Part shown: piece by piece, positions 9,431 to 23,367 of the stretch
Position numbering within the stretch: the first letter of the stretch is position 1
Layout of the letters: every line of letters starts with the position of its first letter
Source: an uncultured Gemmataceae bacterium
Lineage (GTDB): Bacteria; Planctomycetota; Planctomycetia; Gemmatales; Gemmataceae
Direction of reading: 5' to 3'
Assembly: GCA_963750165.1 (NCBI GenBank)
Contig: CAVVPN010000012.1
Location: forward strand, 704,001-768,000
Length of the DNA stretch: 64,000 nucleotides
Notes under the pieces: generated by a model
Databases searched by the model: none
Told to the model about the DNA's origin: nothing
What the model saw: only the letters and a program-made list of their open reading frames with translations
Position numbers and translations under genes: made by a program

Positions 9431-10957
9431 TCACGCCAACAATTCCTGCACCACGGCCGCGTTCGGCACCAGCGGCAGCGGCCGGCCGGTGCGGTCAGTC
9501 AGCGTCGTCTCCGGGTCGATGCCGAGCAGATGGTACACCGTCGCCAGCACGTCCTTGGGCGAGACCGGCCGCTCCGTGACCGTGGCCGCGTGCGCGTCGG
9601 TGCGGCCGACGACCCGGCCCCGGGCGACGCCGCCGCCAGCGAACAAACAGGTGTACGCCTGCGACCAGTGATCGCGGCCGCCGCCGCGGGCATTATTGAG
9701 GCGCGGCGTGCGGCCATGCTCGCTCAGGCACAGCACCAGCGTCTCGTCCAGCAGACCGCGTGCGTCCAGGTCGCGCACCAGCCCCGACAGCGCCCGGTCC
9801 AGCCCCGGCATCAGTTCGTGGCGCAGGCGCTGGTAGTGGTCCCAGTGCGTGTCCCAGCCCGAGCCCGCCAGGCCGTACTCGTCCCAGAACACCGTCACGA
9901 AGCGCGAGCCCGCCTCGACCAACCGCCGCGCCGTCAACGCCGCCTGGCCGAAGAGGGTCATGCCATACTGCTCGCGCAGCGGCCGCGGTTCGCGGTCCAG
10001 GTCGAGGGCCGTGTGGATGCGCTCCGAGCCCATCAGGTTGTAGGCCATCTGCCGGTAGCGATCCAATCCCTGCACCGCCTCGCCGTCCACCTGCCGCCGG
10101 GCCGCGTCGAGCTGCGCCGCCAGGCTGCGGCGCTGATTGAGGCGGTCGAGTGTCAGGTGCGGCCCCAGGTTCGTGGCCGACGCCAGGACGAACCGGCTGT
10201 CCGGCGCGATGCCGACGTAGGGCTCGGGGCCGTCGAAGCGCTGGTCCTGCAGCGTCTTGACGGCGGTGCCCGTGGCCCGGCCGCGGAACTCCGTCCACAG
10301 CGGGTTGTAGGCGCTGCCGAGAAACGCAGCATACGGGCCGGCGCGCGGCACCTCGCCGACGCGCTGACTGCTGAACGGGAACGGCAGCGCGACGTTGGTC
10401 GGAGCCCTCCTTGTTGGGGCCCGGTCTCCTGACCGGGCTCCGTCGGGCTCGGCCCGGCGTTCGAGGTAATCGACGACCGAGCCGACGAACGGCCAGTGGC
10501 GGCCGTCGCGCGGGTTGAGTTCCAGCGGCACGTCGATGTGCGGTACGCCGGTCAGCGCGTAGGCGACACCGTGCAGCGGAAATGGATGCGTCATCGAGCG
10601 CACCACCGTCATCCGGTCCAGCACGCCGGCGACGTGCGGCAGCAGTTCACAGACATCACAGCCCGGCAGGGTGGAGCGGATGGGCCGCAGTTCGCCGCGG
10701 ATGTTTTCCGGGGCGTCGGGCTTCATGTCGCACAGTTCCAGCTGGCTCGGCGCGCCGTAGAGGTAGAGCAGGATGCAGGCTTTGGCGCGGCCAAAGGTGC
10801 GCGGCGTTGGGGCCTGCGGCTGGGATGCTTGCAGGTCGGCGAGGCGCAGCAACTGCGGCAGGCCAAGGCCGAACAGACTGAGGCCGCCGGCCCAGAGCAT
10901 GTCGCGGCGCGTCAGGCCGTCGCAGAGCGTTTTCGGCGAGCCGAGGATGCGGAGCAT
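9431..10957 (-). CDS. DUF1501 family protein (Tat-like signal)
   Basis: CDGLTRRDML, AKACILLYLYGAPSQ, ARRLVEAG.RFV, WDTH, EHGRTP, GRDHW. Confidence 0.9.
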   Translation of the reverse strand: MLRILGSPKTLCDGLTRRDMLWAGGLSLFGLGLPQLLRLADLQASQPQAPTPRTFGRAKACILLYLYGAPSQLELCDMKPDAPENIRGELRPIRSTLPGCDVCELLPHVAGVLDRMTVVRSMTHPFPLHGVAYALTGVPHIDVPLELNPRDGRHWPFVGSVVDYLERRAEPDGARSGDRAPTRRAPTNVALPFPFSSQRVGEVPRAGPYAAFLGSAYNPLWTEFRGRATGTAVKTLQDQRFDGPEPYVGIAPDSRFVLASATNLGPHLTLDRLNQRRSLAAQLDAARRQVDGEAVQGLDRYRQMAYNLMGSERIHTALDLDREPRPLREQYGMTLFGQAALTARRLVEAGSRFVTVFWDEYGLAGSGWDTHWDHYQRLRHELMPGLDRALSGLVRDLDARGLLDETLVLCLSEHGRTPRLNNARGGGRDHWSQAYTCLFAGGGVARGRVVGRTDAHAATVTERPVSPKDVLATVYHLLGIDPETTLTDRTGRPLPLVPNAAVVQELLA

Positions 10958-11126
10958 GGACGGTCGTCCTCACGAGGCACGGCGGGAGTGCCGGGCGGTT
11001 GGTTGTATCGTAGCCGCCGCGGCGCCGGCGCCGCAAGCAGAAAAGGCGGCGGCGCCGCTCCGTTGACCGGCCGGCGCCGCGCCGTTACCTTGCAGGTATA
11101 CCCAGTTCGCCTCCCGGAGTGCTGCC

Positions 11127-12421
11127 ATGCGTACCTCGCTTGACCGGCGTCGTTTCCTGCAAATGTCCACGGCGGCCGGCGCCGCCGTGCTGGCCCGCGC
11201 GACCCCGTCGCTGGCGGCCCAGCCGCGGACGCCGAACGTGGTGTTCATGATCGGCGACGATCAGGGCTGGAACGACTTCGGCTTCATGGGCCACAAGGTC
11301 ATCCGCACGCCGCGGCTGGACCGCCTGGCCGCCGAGAGCGCCGTCTTTCCACTCGGCTACGTGCCCAGTTCGCTGTGCCGCGCCAGCCTGGCGACCATCC
11401 TGACCGGTCTGTATCCGTACCAGCACCGCATCTGCTGCAACGACCCGCCCAAGGGAGTGGCGCGGGCAGAGATGCACCCGTTCATCAAGACCGCGCCGGC
11501 ACTGCCGCGGCTGCTGCGGCCGGCTGGTTATCGGAGTTTACAGACCGGCAAGTTCTGGGAGGGCCATTTCAGCAACGCCGGCTTCACGCACGGCCAGAGC
11601 AGCGACAGGGACCGCCACATCGCGCCGAAGCCGCAGATCGGCCGCGACACCATGCAGCCGATCTACGACTTCATCGACCAGAGCGGTCAGACGCCGTTTT
11701 TCGTCTGGTACGCACCGATGATGCCGCACCTGCCGCACACGCCGCCGCAGCGGCTTTTGCAGCACTACGCCGTCAAGGGCCGCGACCTGAACATCGCTCG
11801 CTACTACGCCATGTGCGAGTGGTTCGACGAAACCTGCGGCCAGCTGCTCGACCACCTCGACAGGCGTAAGTTGCGCGACAACACACTGGTGCTCTTCTGC
11901 ATTGACAACGGTTGGGTGCAGCCGACAGTACAGGAGGACAGGAAGAGCCCATTCGGGGCGCGCGCGGTAAACAGACGCCGTACGAGATGGGCATCCGCAC
12001 GCCGATCGTGCTGCGCTGGCCGGGCCGGGTCAAGGCGGGGCGGCACAACGAACTGGCCACGACCATCGACCTGACGCCGACAGCGCTGCGGGCGTGCGGC
12101 GTCAAGGTGCCGAGGGAGATGCGCGGGCTGGACCTGGTGGAACTGGCCGCGGGCAAGGCGCAGCAGAAGCGCGACGCCGTGTTCGGCGAGATTTACCAGC
12201 ACACGGCAACGAATTTGGGCAAGCAGCGGCTGGATGTGCTGTACCGCTGGGTGCGGACGCTCGACGGCTGGAAGCTGATCCTGCCCGCGTCGCCGAAGGA
12301 GCCGGTGGAGCTGTACGACCTGACGAAGGATCCGCACGAGAAGAATAACCTGGCGAAGACGCAGACGGCGCGCGTCAAGCAGCTGACGCAGCGCGTCGAG
12401 CAGTGGTGGGCGCAGAAGTGA
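11127..12421 (+). CDS. sulfatase-family hydrolase with Tat signal, frameshift near 11960
   Basis: RRRFL; PNVVFMIGDDQG; TPRLDRLA; DNG; second frame GKQTPYEMGIRTP, ELYDL..DPHEKNNLA. Confidence 0.85.
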
Positions 12422-12646
12422 GCCGTCTTCCGCATTGGCGACCGGTGTGGTATGCTGAAAGGGGGGTGGAGGGAGGGTTTTCAGTTCGTCTCACAAACCC
12501 CTTTCCCACGCGACCAATTCCAGGGAAGGAAGCAAGGCAAGCCTCCGCGTAACCGGGTGACCGGTCCCCGCGTCGTTGGGACAATCTCGTGCGACCTCCT
12601 GTCGCCGTGGATTGCGGGACGGACGGGCTCTTCGCTCGTTTCGTCC

Positions 12647-12733
12647 CTTCGGCAGCCCGGCCGCCATGCCCGCTGGGGCGGGTTCAGGCCCGTGGCTTTG
12701 CGTCATCGGCTTTCGCCGAGTTTGCCCTTTCGA
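12647..12733 (-). promoter_or_regulatory. c-di-GMP-I (GEMM) riboswitch aptamer
   Basis: Reverse complement AAAGGGCAAACUCGGCGAAAGCCGAUGACGCAAAGCCACGGGCCUGAAC...AUGGCGGCCGGGCUGCCGAAG matches the GEMM layout (GGCAAAC-stem-GAAA-stem-GACGCAAAGC, tetraloop receptor, closing GYUGCCG). Confidence 0.88.
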
Positions 12734-12888
12734 GGATGAAAGGCGTTACGACGCAGGCGTGACGCAGAGGCTTGCCTCCAAAGGAGTGCCACCAGAACTG
12801 GCATTCCCCGTTGCTGCTACAACTGTAGGTCAGAATCGCCTGCCGGGCAAACCGCTGGCTGAATCTTTTCAGGGTTCTTCGGATTCCC

Positions 12889-13824
12889 ATGACTGCCGAC
12901 TTCCGCGACGCCTTCCTCCTCACCGGCCCGACCGGCTCCGGCAAAACGGCGCTGGCCCTGGAGCTGGCCGAGCGGCACGGCGCCGAAATCCTGTCGATGG
13001 ACTCCATGGCCCTCTACCGCGGTCTGGACATCGGCACCGCCAAGCCGACCGCCGCCGAGCGCCACCGCGTCCCCCATCACCTCATTGATGTGCTTGATCC
13101 CTGGGAGTCGGCCAGCGTCGCCTGGTGGCTCGACCGTGCCCGCGCCTGTGCCCGCGACCTCCGGAGCCGCGGCAAACGTGTCCTGATCGTCGGCGGTACG
13201 CCGCTTTACTTACGGGCGCTGCTCCAGGGATTGTTCGAGGGGCCGCCCGCCGATGCGGACCTGCGGCAACGGCTGGGCCAGGAAGCGGAACAGCACGGCG
13301 GCGCTGCCCTGCACGCCCGGCTGGCCGCGGTCGATCCGGCCGGCGCCGCCCGGCTGCACCCCAATGATTTGCGCCGCGTCATTCGCGCCCTGGAGGTCTG
13401 GGAGTTGACCGGCCGGCCGATCAGCGCCTGGCAGCAACAGTGGACCGACACCGCGGCGGACGCGGAGCCGCGGGCGTTTTGGCTTGACCTGCCGCGCGCC
13501 GCGCTGTACGAACGCATCAACCGCCGCGTCGAGCGCATGTTCGCCGAGGGACTGGTGGACGAGGTGCGGGCGCTGCGGGGCCTGCCGCGGCTGCTCAGCC
13601 GTGAGGCCGCCCAGGCCCTCGGCTACAAGGAAGTCTTCGCCCACCTGGACGGCCGGGAAACGCTGCAAGCGACCGTCGCCCGGGTGCAGACGCGCACGCG
13701 GCAGTTCGCTAAACGGCAAATCACGTGGTTCCGTCACCTGCCGGGCTGCCGGCCGGTCAGCAGCCAATTGACACGGGAGCTTTGGCGGACCACAATGGAT
13801 CAGGGGGGATGCCCGTCCAGTTGA
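12889..13824 (+). CDS. miaA: tRNA dimethylallyltransferase
   Basis: GPTGSGKT, DSMALYRGLDIGTAKP, PHHLID, VGGTPLYL, TRQFAKRQITWFR. Confidence 0.96.
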   Translation: MTADFRDAFLLTGPTGSGKTALALELAERHGAEILSMDSMALYRGLDIGTAKPTAAERHRVPHHLIDVLDPWESASVAWWLDRARACARDLRSRGKRVLIVGGTPLYLRALLQGLFEGPPADADLRQRLGQEAEQHGGAALHARLAAVDPAGAARLHPNDLRRVIRALEVWELTGRPISAWQQQWTDTAADAEPRAFWLDLPRAALYERINRRVERMFAEGLVDEVRALRGLPRLLSREAAQALGYKEVFAHLDGRETLQATVARVQTRTRQFAKRQITWFRHLPGCRPVSSQLTRELWRTTMDQGGCPSS

Positions 13825-13879
13825 CCGTTGTGCTTCCGTTTCTGCGGGCGGTGCCATGACCACCAAGGGGTGCAAGGGG

Positions 13880-14608
13880 ATGACGAAGGTAACCTTTCAA
13901 GTGCTCGAGGGCATCGACAAGGGGCGCGTCTTTCGCGACCTGGCGACTCCGGTGACCATCGGCCGCGAGGAAGGCAACGCCCTGCGCCTGAACGACGAGC
14001 GCGTCAGTCGTTTCCACGCCAAGGTGCAGCAGGACAACGGCGACATCATCCTGACCGACCTGGAGAGCACCAACGGCACCCGCGTCAATGGTGCCGTGGT
14101 GCAGATCCGCCGGCTGCGCTTCGGCGACCGCGTTTGCGTCGGCCGCTCGCTGCTGCTGTTCGGCTCGAACGAGGAAATCGCCGCCCGGATGGCCGACCTG
14201 GAGCAGCGCCGCAGTTCCACGGTTGCGAGCGAGGCGGAGGGCATTCTGCCGGAAGGCCCCGCCACGGTGCAGGCCAAGACCTTCGCTGGCCAGCTCAGCA
14301 GCGGCGACCTGGAGTTCGACCTCAACCTCAACGATCCGATGACGCTCACCAGCGACGCGCTGTTCATCGGCAATCGGCCACTGCCGCCGCTGCCGCAGAA
14401 GTTGACGCCGTCGCAGGCGGCCCGGCTCGCGGAGATTCTGGATTTCCTGCACCGCGGCCTGACCTGCGCCACCGAAAACATTCAGGCCAAGGACGACGGC
14501 AGCCAGGTAACGCTGTCGTTCTCGGACTGGCAGAAGGTGCTGGCGATTCAGATGCTGCTGGCCCGCTACCTGCGTGCCGTGGCAGAGCCGGACGCACTGG
14601 AGGGGTGA
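13880..14608 (+). CDS. FHA-domain protein
   Basis: IGRE..N..LNDERVSRFHA..DLESTNGTRVNG. Confidence 0.88.
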   Translation: MTKVTFQVLEGIDKGRVFRDLATPVTIGREEGNALRLNDERVSRFHAKVQQDNGDIILTDLESTNGTRVNGAVVQIRRLRFGDRVCVGRSLLLFGSNEEIAARMADLEQRRSSTVASEAEGILPEGPATVQAKTFAGQLSSGDLEFDLNLNDPMTLTSDALFIGNRPLPPLPQKLTPSQAARLAEILDFLHRGLTCATENIQAKDDGSQVTLSFSDWQKVLAIQMLLARYLRAVAEPDALEG

Positions 14609-14788
14609 GGGCTCGCGGTGCGGGTTTGAGGCGTCTCGCCGGCGGACGTGCGGATTTTGCCTGACTTGCCGATCCCCGCCGGGCCTCAGCTGACCGGCAC
14701 GGTGCTTCCACTGAACAAATCTCAACGCCGACAGCCGATCCTGGTAGAATAAGGCGACTTCCTCCCCGACGGACCAGGGACCGAGAAC

Positions 14789-18328
<3,540 letters not shown>

Positions 18329-18344
18329 AGAAGAAAGAAGTAAT

Positions 18345-18428
18345 CCACAGAGGACGCCGATTTCCCAGATGAAGACACAAAGAGAAATGAACAACTCTTG
18401 CTGTCTTCATCTGTGAAATCTGTGAATC
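18345..18428. repeat. imperfect palindromic element (CACAGA/CAGATGAAGACA type) between convergent genes
   Basis: CAGATGAAGACA...TGTCTTCATCTG arms; loosely related sequence at ~57028-57100. Confidence 0.6.
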
Positions 18429-19184
18429 AGGTCTTTTTTCCGTTGAGCAGCGCATCGACGCCCAGCCACAGCAGGACCGCCAGCGACCGCAGCGCCTCGT
18501 GCGGGTTCACCTTCGAGCGCCCGCCCGCCGATTCTCGAAGATGATGGGCGTCTCGCCGATGCGGAAGCCCGCCCGGTGACAGCGGTAGAGCATTTCCTCC
18601 TGAAACGAGTAGCCGTGCGACCAGAGCTGTGTCAGGTCCATGCGCCGCAGCTTGGCGACGCGGTAACAGCGGAAATTGCCGCTGGTATCGTGTGCCGGGA
18701 TGCGCATCAGCAACCGCACCAGACCGTTGACCCCCGCGCTCATCAGCCGCCGCGACCACGCCCAGCCCTCGGCGCCGCCGCCCGGGATGTAGCGCGAGCC
18801 GATCATCAAATCATGGCGGCGCATGCCGGCGAGCAGGTGCGGCAGGTAGCGCGGCGGATGGCTGAAGTCCGCGTCCAGGGTGACGAACAGGTCATAGTTG
18901 TTCTTCATGGCGTAGGCCATGCCGTCGAGCACCGCCGTGCCCAGCCCCAGCTTGCCGGGCCGGTGCAGCACGTGGACGCGCGGGTCGGCCGCGGCCAGTT
19001 CGTCGGCCAGCTGGCCGGTGCCGTCGGGGGAGTTGTCGTCAATGACCAGCACCTCGGCGTGCGGCACCATCGCGTGGAGGTCGCGGATCAGGGGCGCCAG
19101 GTTGTCGCGTTCCTTGTAGGTGGCCAGCGCCACCAGCACGCGCTTGGGGGGGGATGGGGCGACGGCGGTGGCGGCGCGGTCCAT
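18427..19184 (-). CDS. polyprenol monophosphomannose synthase (GT2), frameshift near 18520
   Basis: ATYKE..N, VIDDNSPDGTG, KLGLGTA, DADFSHPP, IGSRY, SGNFRCYR, PIIFENRR then SKVN in alternate frame. Confidence 0.87.
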
Positions 19185-19285
19185 GAGTGCTTCCAGCGCG
19201 GTGGCGGACGGGGGCCGTTTGATAGTATAATCGGCAGCGGCGGTTGGTTGTCCACAGAAGAACGCCACGAGCGATGAGGTGTGCA

Positions 19286-19948
19286 ATGCCGGCGGTCATC
19301 ACCTGCCCGGAGTGCGAAAAGCGATTCAAGGGCAAGCCCGGTCTGGAGGGCAAGCGCATCCGCTGCCCGTCCTGCGGCCACGGCTTTATCGTGCCCGGTG
19401 ACGACGACGAGCCGGGGCCGCCGCAGAAGAACGTTCAGATCAAGCCCGCAAAGTCTGCAAAGCCTGCCGCCCCGGCCGCGCCGGCCCCGGCCCCGCCGGT
19501 CGGCTTCGCGGACGAGGACGACGAGGACGCGGAGGGCAGCAAGTACGGCATCACGGACCTGGACCTGGCGCCGCGCTGCCCCAACTGCACCAAGGAATTG
19601 GAGCCAGGCGCGATCATCTGCCTGCACTGCGGCTACAACACGCAAACGCGCAAACTGGGCAAGCTCACCAAGACCATCGAGAAGACGGGCAACGAACACT
19701 TCATGCACCTGCTGCCGGGCCTGCTGGTGGCGCTGTGCATCGTGATGGTCATCATCCACAATCTGTGGTTCTGCTTTGAATTCCCGAAGACTGTGGAGCC
19801 GGGGACCTTTGTGGCCTTGTTCGCTCACGAGTCGATGAAGTTCTGGTCGGCGCTGATCTCGCTGTTCCTGATCTGGGGCCTGGGCATGTTCTGCTTCAAG
19901 CGCCTGGTCCTGGAGCCGAAGCCGCACGAGGACATCATCGAGGACTGA
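19286..19948 (+). CDS. zinc-ribbon membrane protein
   Basis: CPEC..CPSC and CPNC..CLHCG motifs, two C-terminal TM segments. Confidence 0.7.
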   Translation: MPAVITCPECEKRFKGKPGLEGKRIRCPSCGHGFIVPGDDDEPGPPQKNVQIKPAKSAKPAAPAAPAPAPPVGFADEDDEDAEGSKYGITDLDLAPRCPNCTKELEPGAIICLHCGYNTQTRKLGKLTKTIEKTGNEHFMHLLPGLLVALCIVMVIIHNLWFCFEFPKTVEPGTFVALFAHESMKFWSALISLFLIWGLGMFCFKRLVLEPKPHEDIIED

Positions 19949-19954
19949 GCGCGG

Positions 19955-20656
19955 ATGTCCCCGGGAATGCGCTTCGTGGTCGCCCGCCATGTGCTGGGGC
20001 TGGCCACCGTGGAGGAGTACTTCCGCGTCGGCCACGACCTGCACGACGCCGGCGTGCGCACGCCCCTGGTGCCATGGGGGCACGCCCGGTCGCCGGGCGT
20101 GCGGGACGCCGCCCCGCTGTTCGAGGCGACGCTTCGGCAACTCGGCATCGAGCCGCCGACGCGCCAGGGCGCCGCGGAAATGCTGGTGCGGCACTACCTC
20201 TGGCCCATCGCCGAAGAAGTCGTGAAGCCCGTGCAGGCCCTGTATCATCTCGTGGAGAAGTTTTACAAACCGCTCCGCGGGGAAGTCGGACAACTCGCCG
20301 GCACGCGGGAGTTGTTCCGGTCGCTGGCCAATCAGTACAGCGACTACTGCCGGCAGATGAACCAGTGGGGCGCGGCCTTCGCCATTGCCGTACAGCGCCT
20401 GGTCGGCGGCTGGGTTCAGGCGTATGGTCTGACCACGCCGGAACCCGCCTGGCTCACCTGGAACGACGGCACCGTGGTACGGCTGGCCCGCGCCATCCGC
20501 GACCAGGGGGCGTACGATCGGTTGCCGATCCTCGGCGACGCGCTGGAGGAAGCCGGCTGCACCCACACGGAGATGCTGGCCCACTGCCGCCAACCGGGGG
20601 AGCACGTCCGCACGCGGAGCTGTCTGGTAGTGGACCGGCTGCTCGGCGAGCGGTAA
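19955..20656 (+). CDS. hypothetical protein with Gemmataceae-type C-terminal domain
   Basis: PAWLTWNDGTVVRLARAI..LPILGDALEEAGC..LAHCR..GEH..SCLVVDRLLG. Confidence 0.65.
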   Translation: MSPGMRFVVARHVLGLATVEEYFRVGHDLHDAGVRTPLVPWGHARSPGVRDAAPLFEATLRQLGIEPPTRQGAAEMLVRHYLWPIAEEVVKPVQALYHLVEKFYKPLRGEVGQLAGTRELFRSLANQYSDYCRQMNQWGAAFAIAVQRLVGGWVQAYGLTTPEPAWLTWNDGTVVRLARAIRDQGAYDRLPILGDALEEAGCTHTEMLAHCRQPGEHVRTRSCLVVDRLLGER

Positions 20657-20711
20657 ACTGCACCTCCGTGGAAGGACGGCCGCTCCCGTTGACCCCCGAG
20701 TGACGCCACGC

Positions 20712-22247
20712 ATGCTCGCCAAGTTAAACACCTTCGCCCTTGTGGGCATCGACGCCGCCCCCGTCGAGGTCGAGGTAGACGCCTCCACCGGCCTGCCCAA
20801 GACCGTCCTGGTCGGCCTCCCCGAACTGTCGGTGCGCGAGAGCGTCCACCGCATCGAACGCGCCCTCGCCAACCTCGGTTATCAACGCCACCCCGGCCGG
20901 CTCACCATCAATTTAGCCCCCGCGGACCTCCGTAAAGACGCCGGCGGCTTCGACCTGCCGATCGCGCTGGGCATGCTGGTCGCCACCGGCCAGCTGCTGC
21001 CCGAGCAGATCAAGGACTACGCCACGGTGGGCGAACTGGCCCTGGACGGCAGCGTGCGGCCGATCAAGGGAGCGCTGTCGATGGCGATGACGGCGGCCAA
21101 GCAGGGGCTGCCGAAACTGGTGGTGCCGGCGGCGAACGCCCGCGAGGCGGCGGTGGTCAAGGAGGTGGAGGTCTTCGCGGTCCACAACCTGGCGGAGACG
21201 GTCGGCCTGCTGGCGGGGCAGGTGGAACTGGAGCCGGTGCGGGCGGGCATCGAGGAGGCGTACCAGCGGCTGAACACGTATGACGTGGACTTCACCGACG
21301 TGCGTGGCCAGGAGTTTGCCAAGCGGGCGCTGGTGGTCGCGGCCGGCGGCGGCCATAACGTGCTGTTCATCGGCTCGCCGGGGACGGGCAAGTCGATGCT
21401 GGCGCAGCGGCTGCCGACGATCCTGCCGCCGCTGACGCCCACGGAGTCGCTGGAGACGACGCGGATTTACAGCGCGATGGGCCGGCTGACGGCGGACGAA
21501 CCGCTGCTGACGCGGCGGCCGTTCCGCACCCCGCACCACACCATCAGCGACGCCGGCATGGTCGGCGGCGGCAGCACGCCGGCGCCCGGTGAAATCTCGC
21601 TGGCCCACCATGGCGTGCTGTTCCTGGACGAACTGCCGGAGTTCCACCGCCGCAGTCTGGAGGTACTGCGCCAGCCGCTGGAGCAGGGCCGCGTCACGAT
21701 CTCCCGCGCCCTGCACTCGACGACCTTCCCGGCCCGCTTCGTGCTGGTCGCGGCCATGAACCCGTGCCCGTGCGGCTACCTCGGCGACGCCCGCCACTCC
21801 TGCAAGTGCAACCCCCAGCAGATCGAGCGCTACATGGGCAAGATCAGCGGCCCGCTGCTGGACCGCATCGATTTACACATCGAGGTGCCGGCGGTGCCGT
21901 TCCAGGAACTGTCGGCGACCGCGGACGGCACCTCGAGCGCGGTGATGCGCGAGCAGGTCAAGCAGGCGCGGGCGGTGCAGCAGGAGCGCTTCGGCGTCGA
22001 TAGCGGCACGCTCAACAGCCGCATGAGCACGCGGCAGCTGCGCAAACACTGTGCCCTCGACGCGGAGGGCCAGGCGCTGCTGAAGACGGCGATGGACGAG
22101 TTGGGGCTGTCGGCGCGGGCGCACGACCGCATCCTGCGCGTGGCGCGGACCATCGCCGACCTGGATCCGAGCGCGACCATCAAGCCGCAGCATTTGGTGG
22201 AGGCGATCAATTATCGGAGTTTGGATCGGAAGCTGTGGTCGCGGTGA
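20712..22247 (+). CDS. comM: YifB/ComM Mg-chelatase-like AAA+ ATPase
   Basis: NLAPADLRK, GELALDG, GSPGTGKSML, PGEISLAHHGVLFLDELPEF, AAMNPCPCGY. Confidence 0.93.
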   Translation: MLAKLNTFALVGIDAAPVEVEVDASTGLPKTVLVGLPELSVRESVHRIERALANLGYQRHPGRLTINLAPADLRKDAGGFDLPIALGMLVATGQLLPEQIKDYATVGELALDGSVRPIKGALSMAMTAAKQGLPKLVVPAANAREAAVVKEVEVFAVHNLAETVGLLAGQVELEPVRAGIEEAYQRLNTYDVDFTDVRGQEFAKRALVVAAGGGHNVLFIGSPGTGKSMLAQRLPTILPPLTPTESLETTRIYSAMGRLTADEPLLTRRPFRTPHHTISDAGMVGGGSTPAPGEISLAHHGVLFLDELPEFHRRSLEVLRQPLEQGRVTISRALHSTTFPARFVLVAAMNPCPCGYLGDARHSCKCNPQQIERYMGKISGPLLDRIDLHIEVPAVPFQELSATADGTSSAVMREQVKQARAVQQERFGVDSGTLNSRMSTRQLRKHCALDAEGQALLKTAMDELGLSARAHDRILRVARTIADLDPSATIKPQHLVEAINYRSLDRKLWSR

Positions 22248-22264
22248 TTCGGGAGGGCGGGTCA

Positions 22265-22435
22265 ATGATCCGACGAGTGTGCATTGTCCTGGTGGCCGTG
22301 GGGGCATCGGGCTGTTCCTCGCTTGCGGCGGCGTCCGGGCCGGCGCCGAGCAGGCCGTTGCCGACATCGACCGGCGCACCGAGAAAGGGGACGGGGCGGA
22401 ACGACAAGGAGTTCGCGGAGTACCTCACCGACTGA
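22265..22435 (+). CDS. small putative lipoprotein
   Basis: GGAGG RBS, hydrophobic stretch ending ASGC lipobox-like. Confidence 0.4.
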   Translation: MIRRVCIVLVAVGASGCSSLAAASGPAPSRPLPTSTGAPRKGTGRNDKEFAEYLTD

Positions 22436-22510
22436 GTGCGGCCGCGGGCGGGGTTGGCGGCGCCGCCGGGCGCTTGCTGAGGTCGCCGCGGTCTGATAAC
22501 CTCATCAATC

Positions 22511-23131
22511 ATGGAGAGTATCGCGCCACCCGCCGCCCCCCCGGCGGACGACGACCCTGACGCCGCCCTGGTGCGACGGCTGCGCGCCGGCGAGGACGCC
22601 GCGTTCGCCGAGTTGTTGCGCGTCCACGGCCCGCAACTGCTGGTGATCGCCCGCCGCTTCCTGCCCAACGAGGAGGACGCCCGCGACGCGCTGCAGGACG
22701 CCTGCCTGTCGGCGTTCCGGGCCATCGCCGGCTTTGACGGCAAGGCGCGGCTGGGCACCTGGCTGCACCGCATCGTCGTCAACGCGGCGCTGCAGAAGCT
22801 CCGCCGCCGGCAGCGCCGCCCGGAACAGTCCATCGATGAACTGCTGCCGACCTTCGAGGCGGACGGCCACCGCACCGACCCCGGCCCCGCGTGGCGCGGC
22901 GCCTCGGCGCTGGAGCGTCAGGAAGTGCACGCCCTGGTGCGGGCCAGTATCGACCGACTGCCGGAGGCGTTCCGCACCATTTTGCTGCTGCGCGACATGG
23001 AGCAACTGGACACCGACGAGACCGCCCAACTGCTGGGGTTGACCACCGCCGCCGTCAAGACGCGACTGCACCGCGCCCGCCAGGCGCTGCGGACGCTGCT
23101 CAATCCCCATTTTGCTCAGGGGTCCGCATGA
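22511..23131 (+). CDS. ECF sigma-70 factor
   Basis: DARDALQD..F..TWLHRIVVNAAL; LPEAFR..LLLRD..TAQLLG..AVKTRLHRAR. Confidence 0.93.
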   Translation: MESIAPPAAPPADDDPDAALVRRLRAGEDAAFAELLRVHGPQLLVIARRFLPNEEDARDALQDACLSAFRAIAGFDGKARLGTWLHRIVVNAALQKLRRRQRRPEQSIDELLPTFEADGHRTDPGPAWRGASALERQEVHALVRASIDRLPEAFRTILLLRDMEQLDTDETAQLLGLTTAAVKTRLHRARQALRTLLNPHFAQGSA

Positions 23132-23367
23132 CCTGCCAAGAAGTCCTTGAGTTTCTGGCTGCCTTCCTCGACGGCGAGTTGAGCGCCGAACAGCACGCGC
23201 TGTTCCTGGAGCACCTGGCCGAGTGCCCCGATTGCACCAACTACCTGGGCAGCTACCGCGAAACGATCAACCTGGGCCGCGCGGCGTTCGCGGAGGACGA
23301 GCCCGCGCTGGCTGCGGTGCCGGAGGATCTGGTGCGGGCGATCCTGGCGGCGCGGGAGGGGCATTAG
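23128..23367 (+). CDS. zf-HC2 (ZAS) anti-sigma factor
   Basis: MTCQEV..FLDGEL..HLAECPDC (HxxxCxxC); ATGA overlap with the sigma stop. Confidence 0.88.
   Translation: MTCQEVLEFLAAFLDGELSAEQHALFLEHLAECPDCTNYLGSYRETINLGRAAFAEDEPALAAVPEDLVRAILAAREGH

Noticed and set aside
12842..12870. GGGCAAACC as a second GEMM riboswitch on the plus strand
   Set aside because: No GAAA tetraloop stem or GACGCAAAGC segment follows
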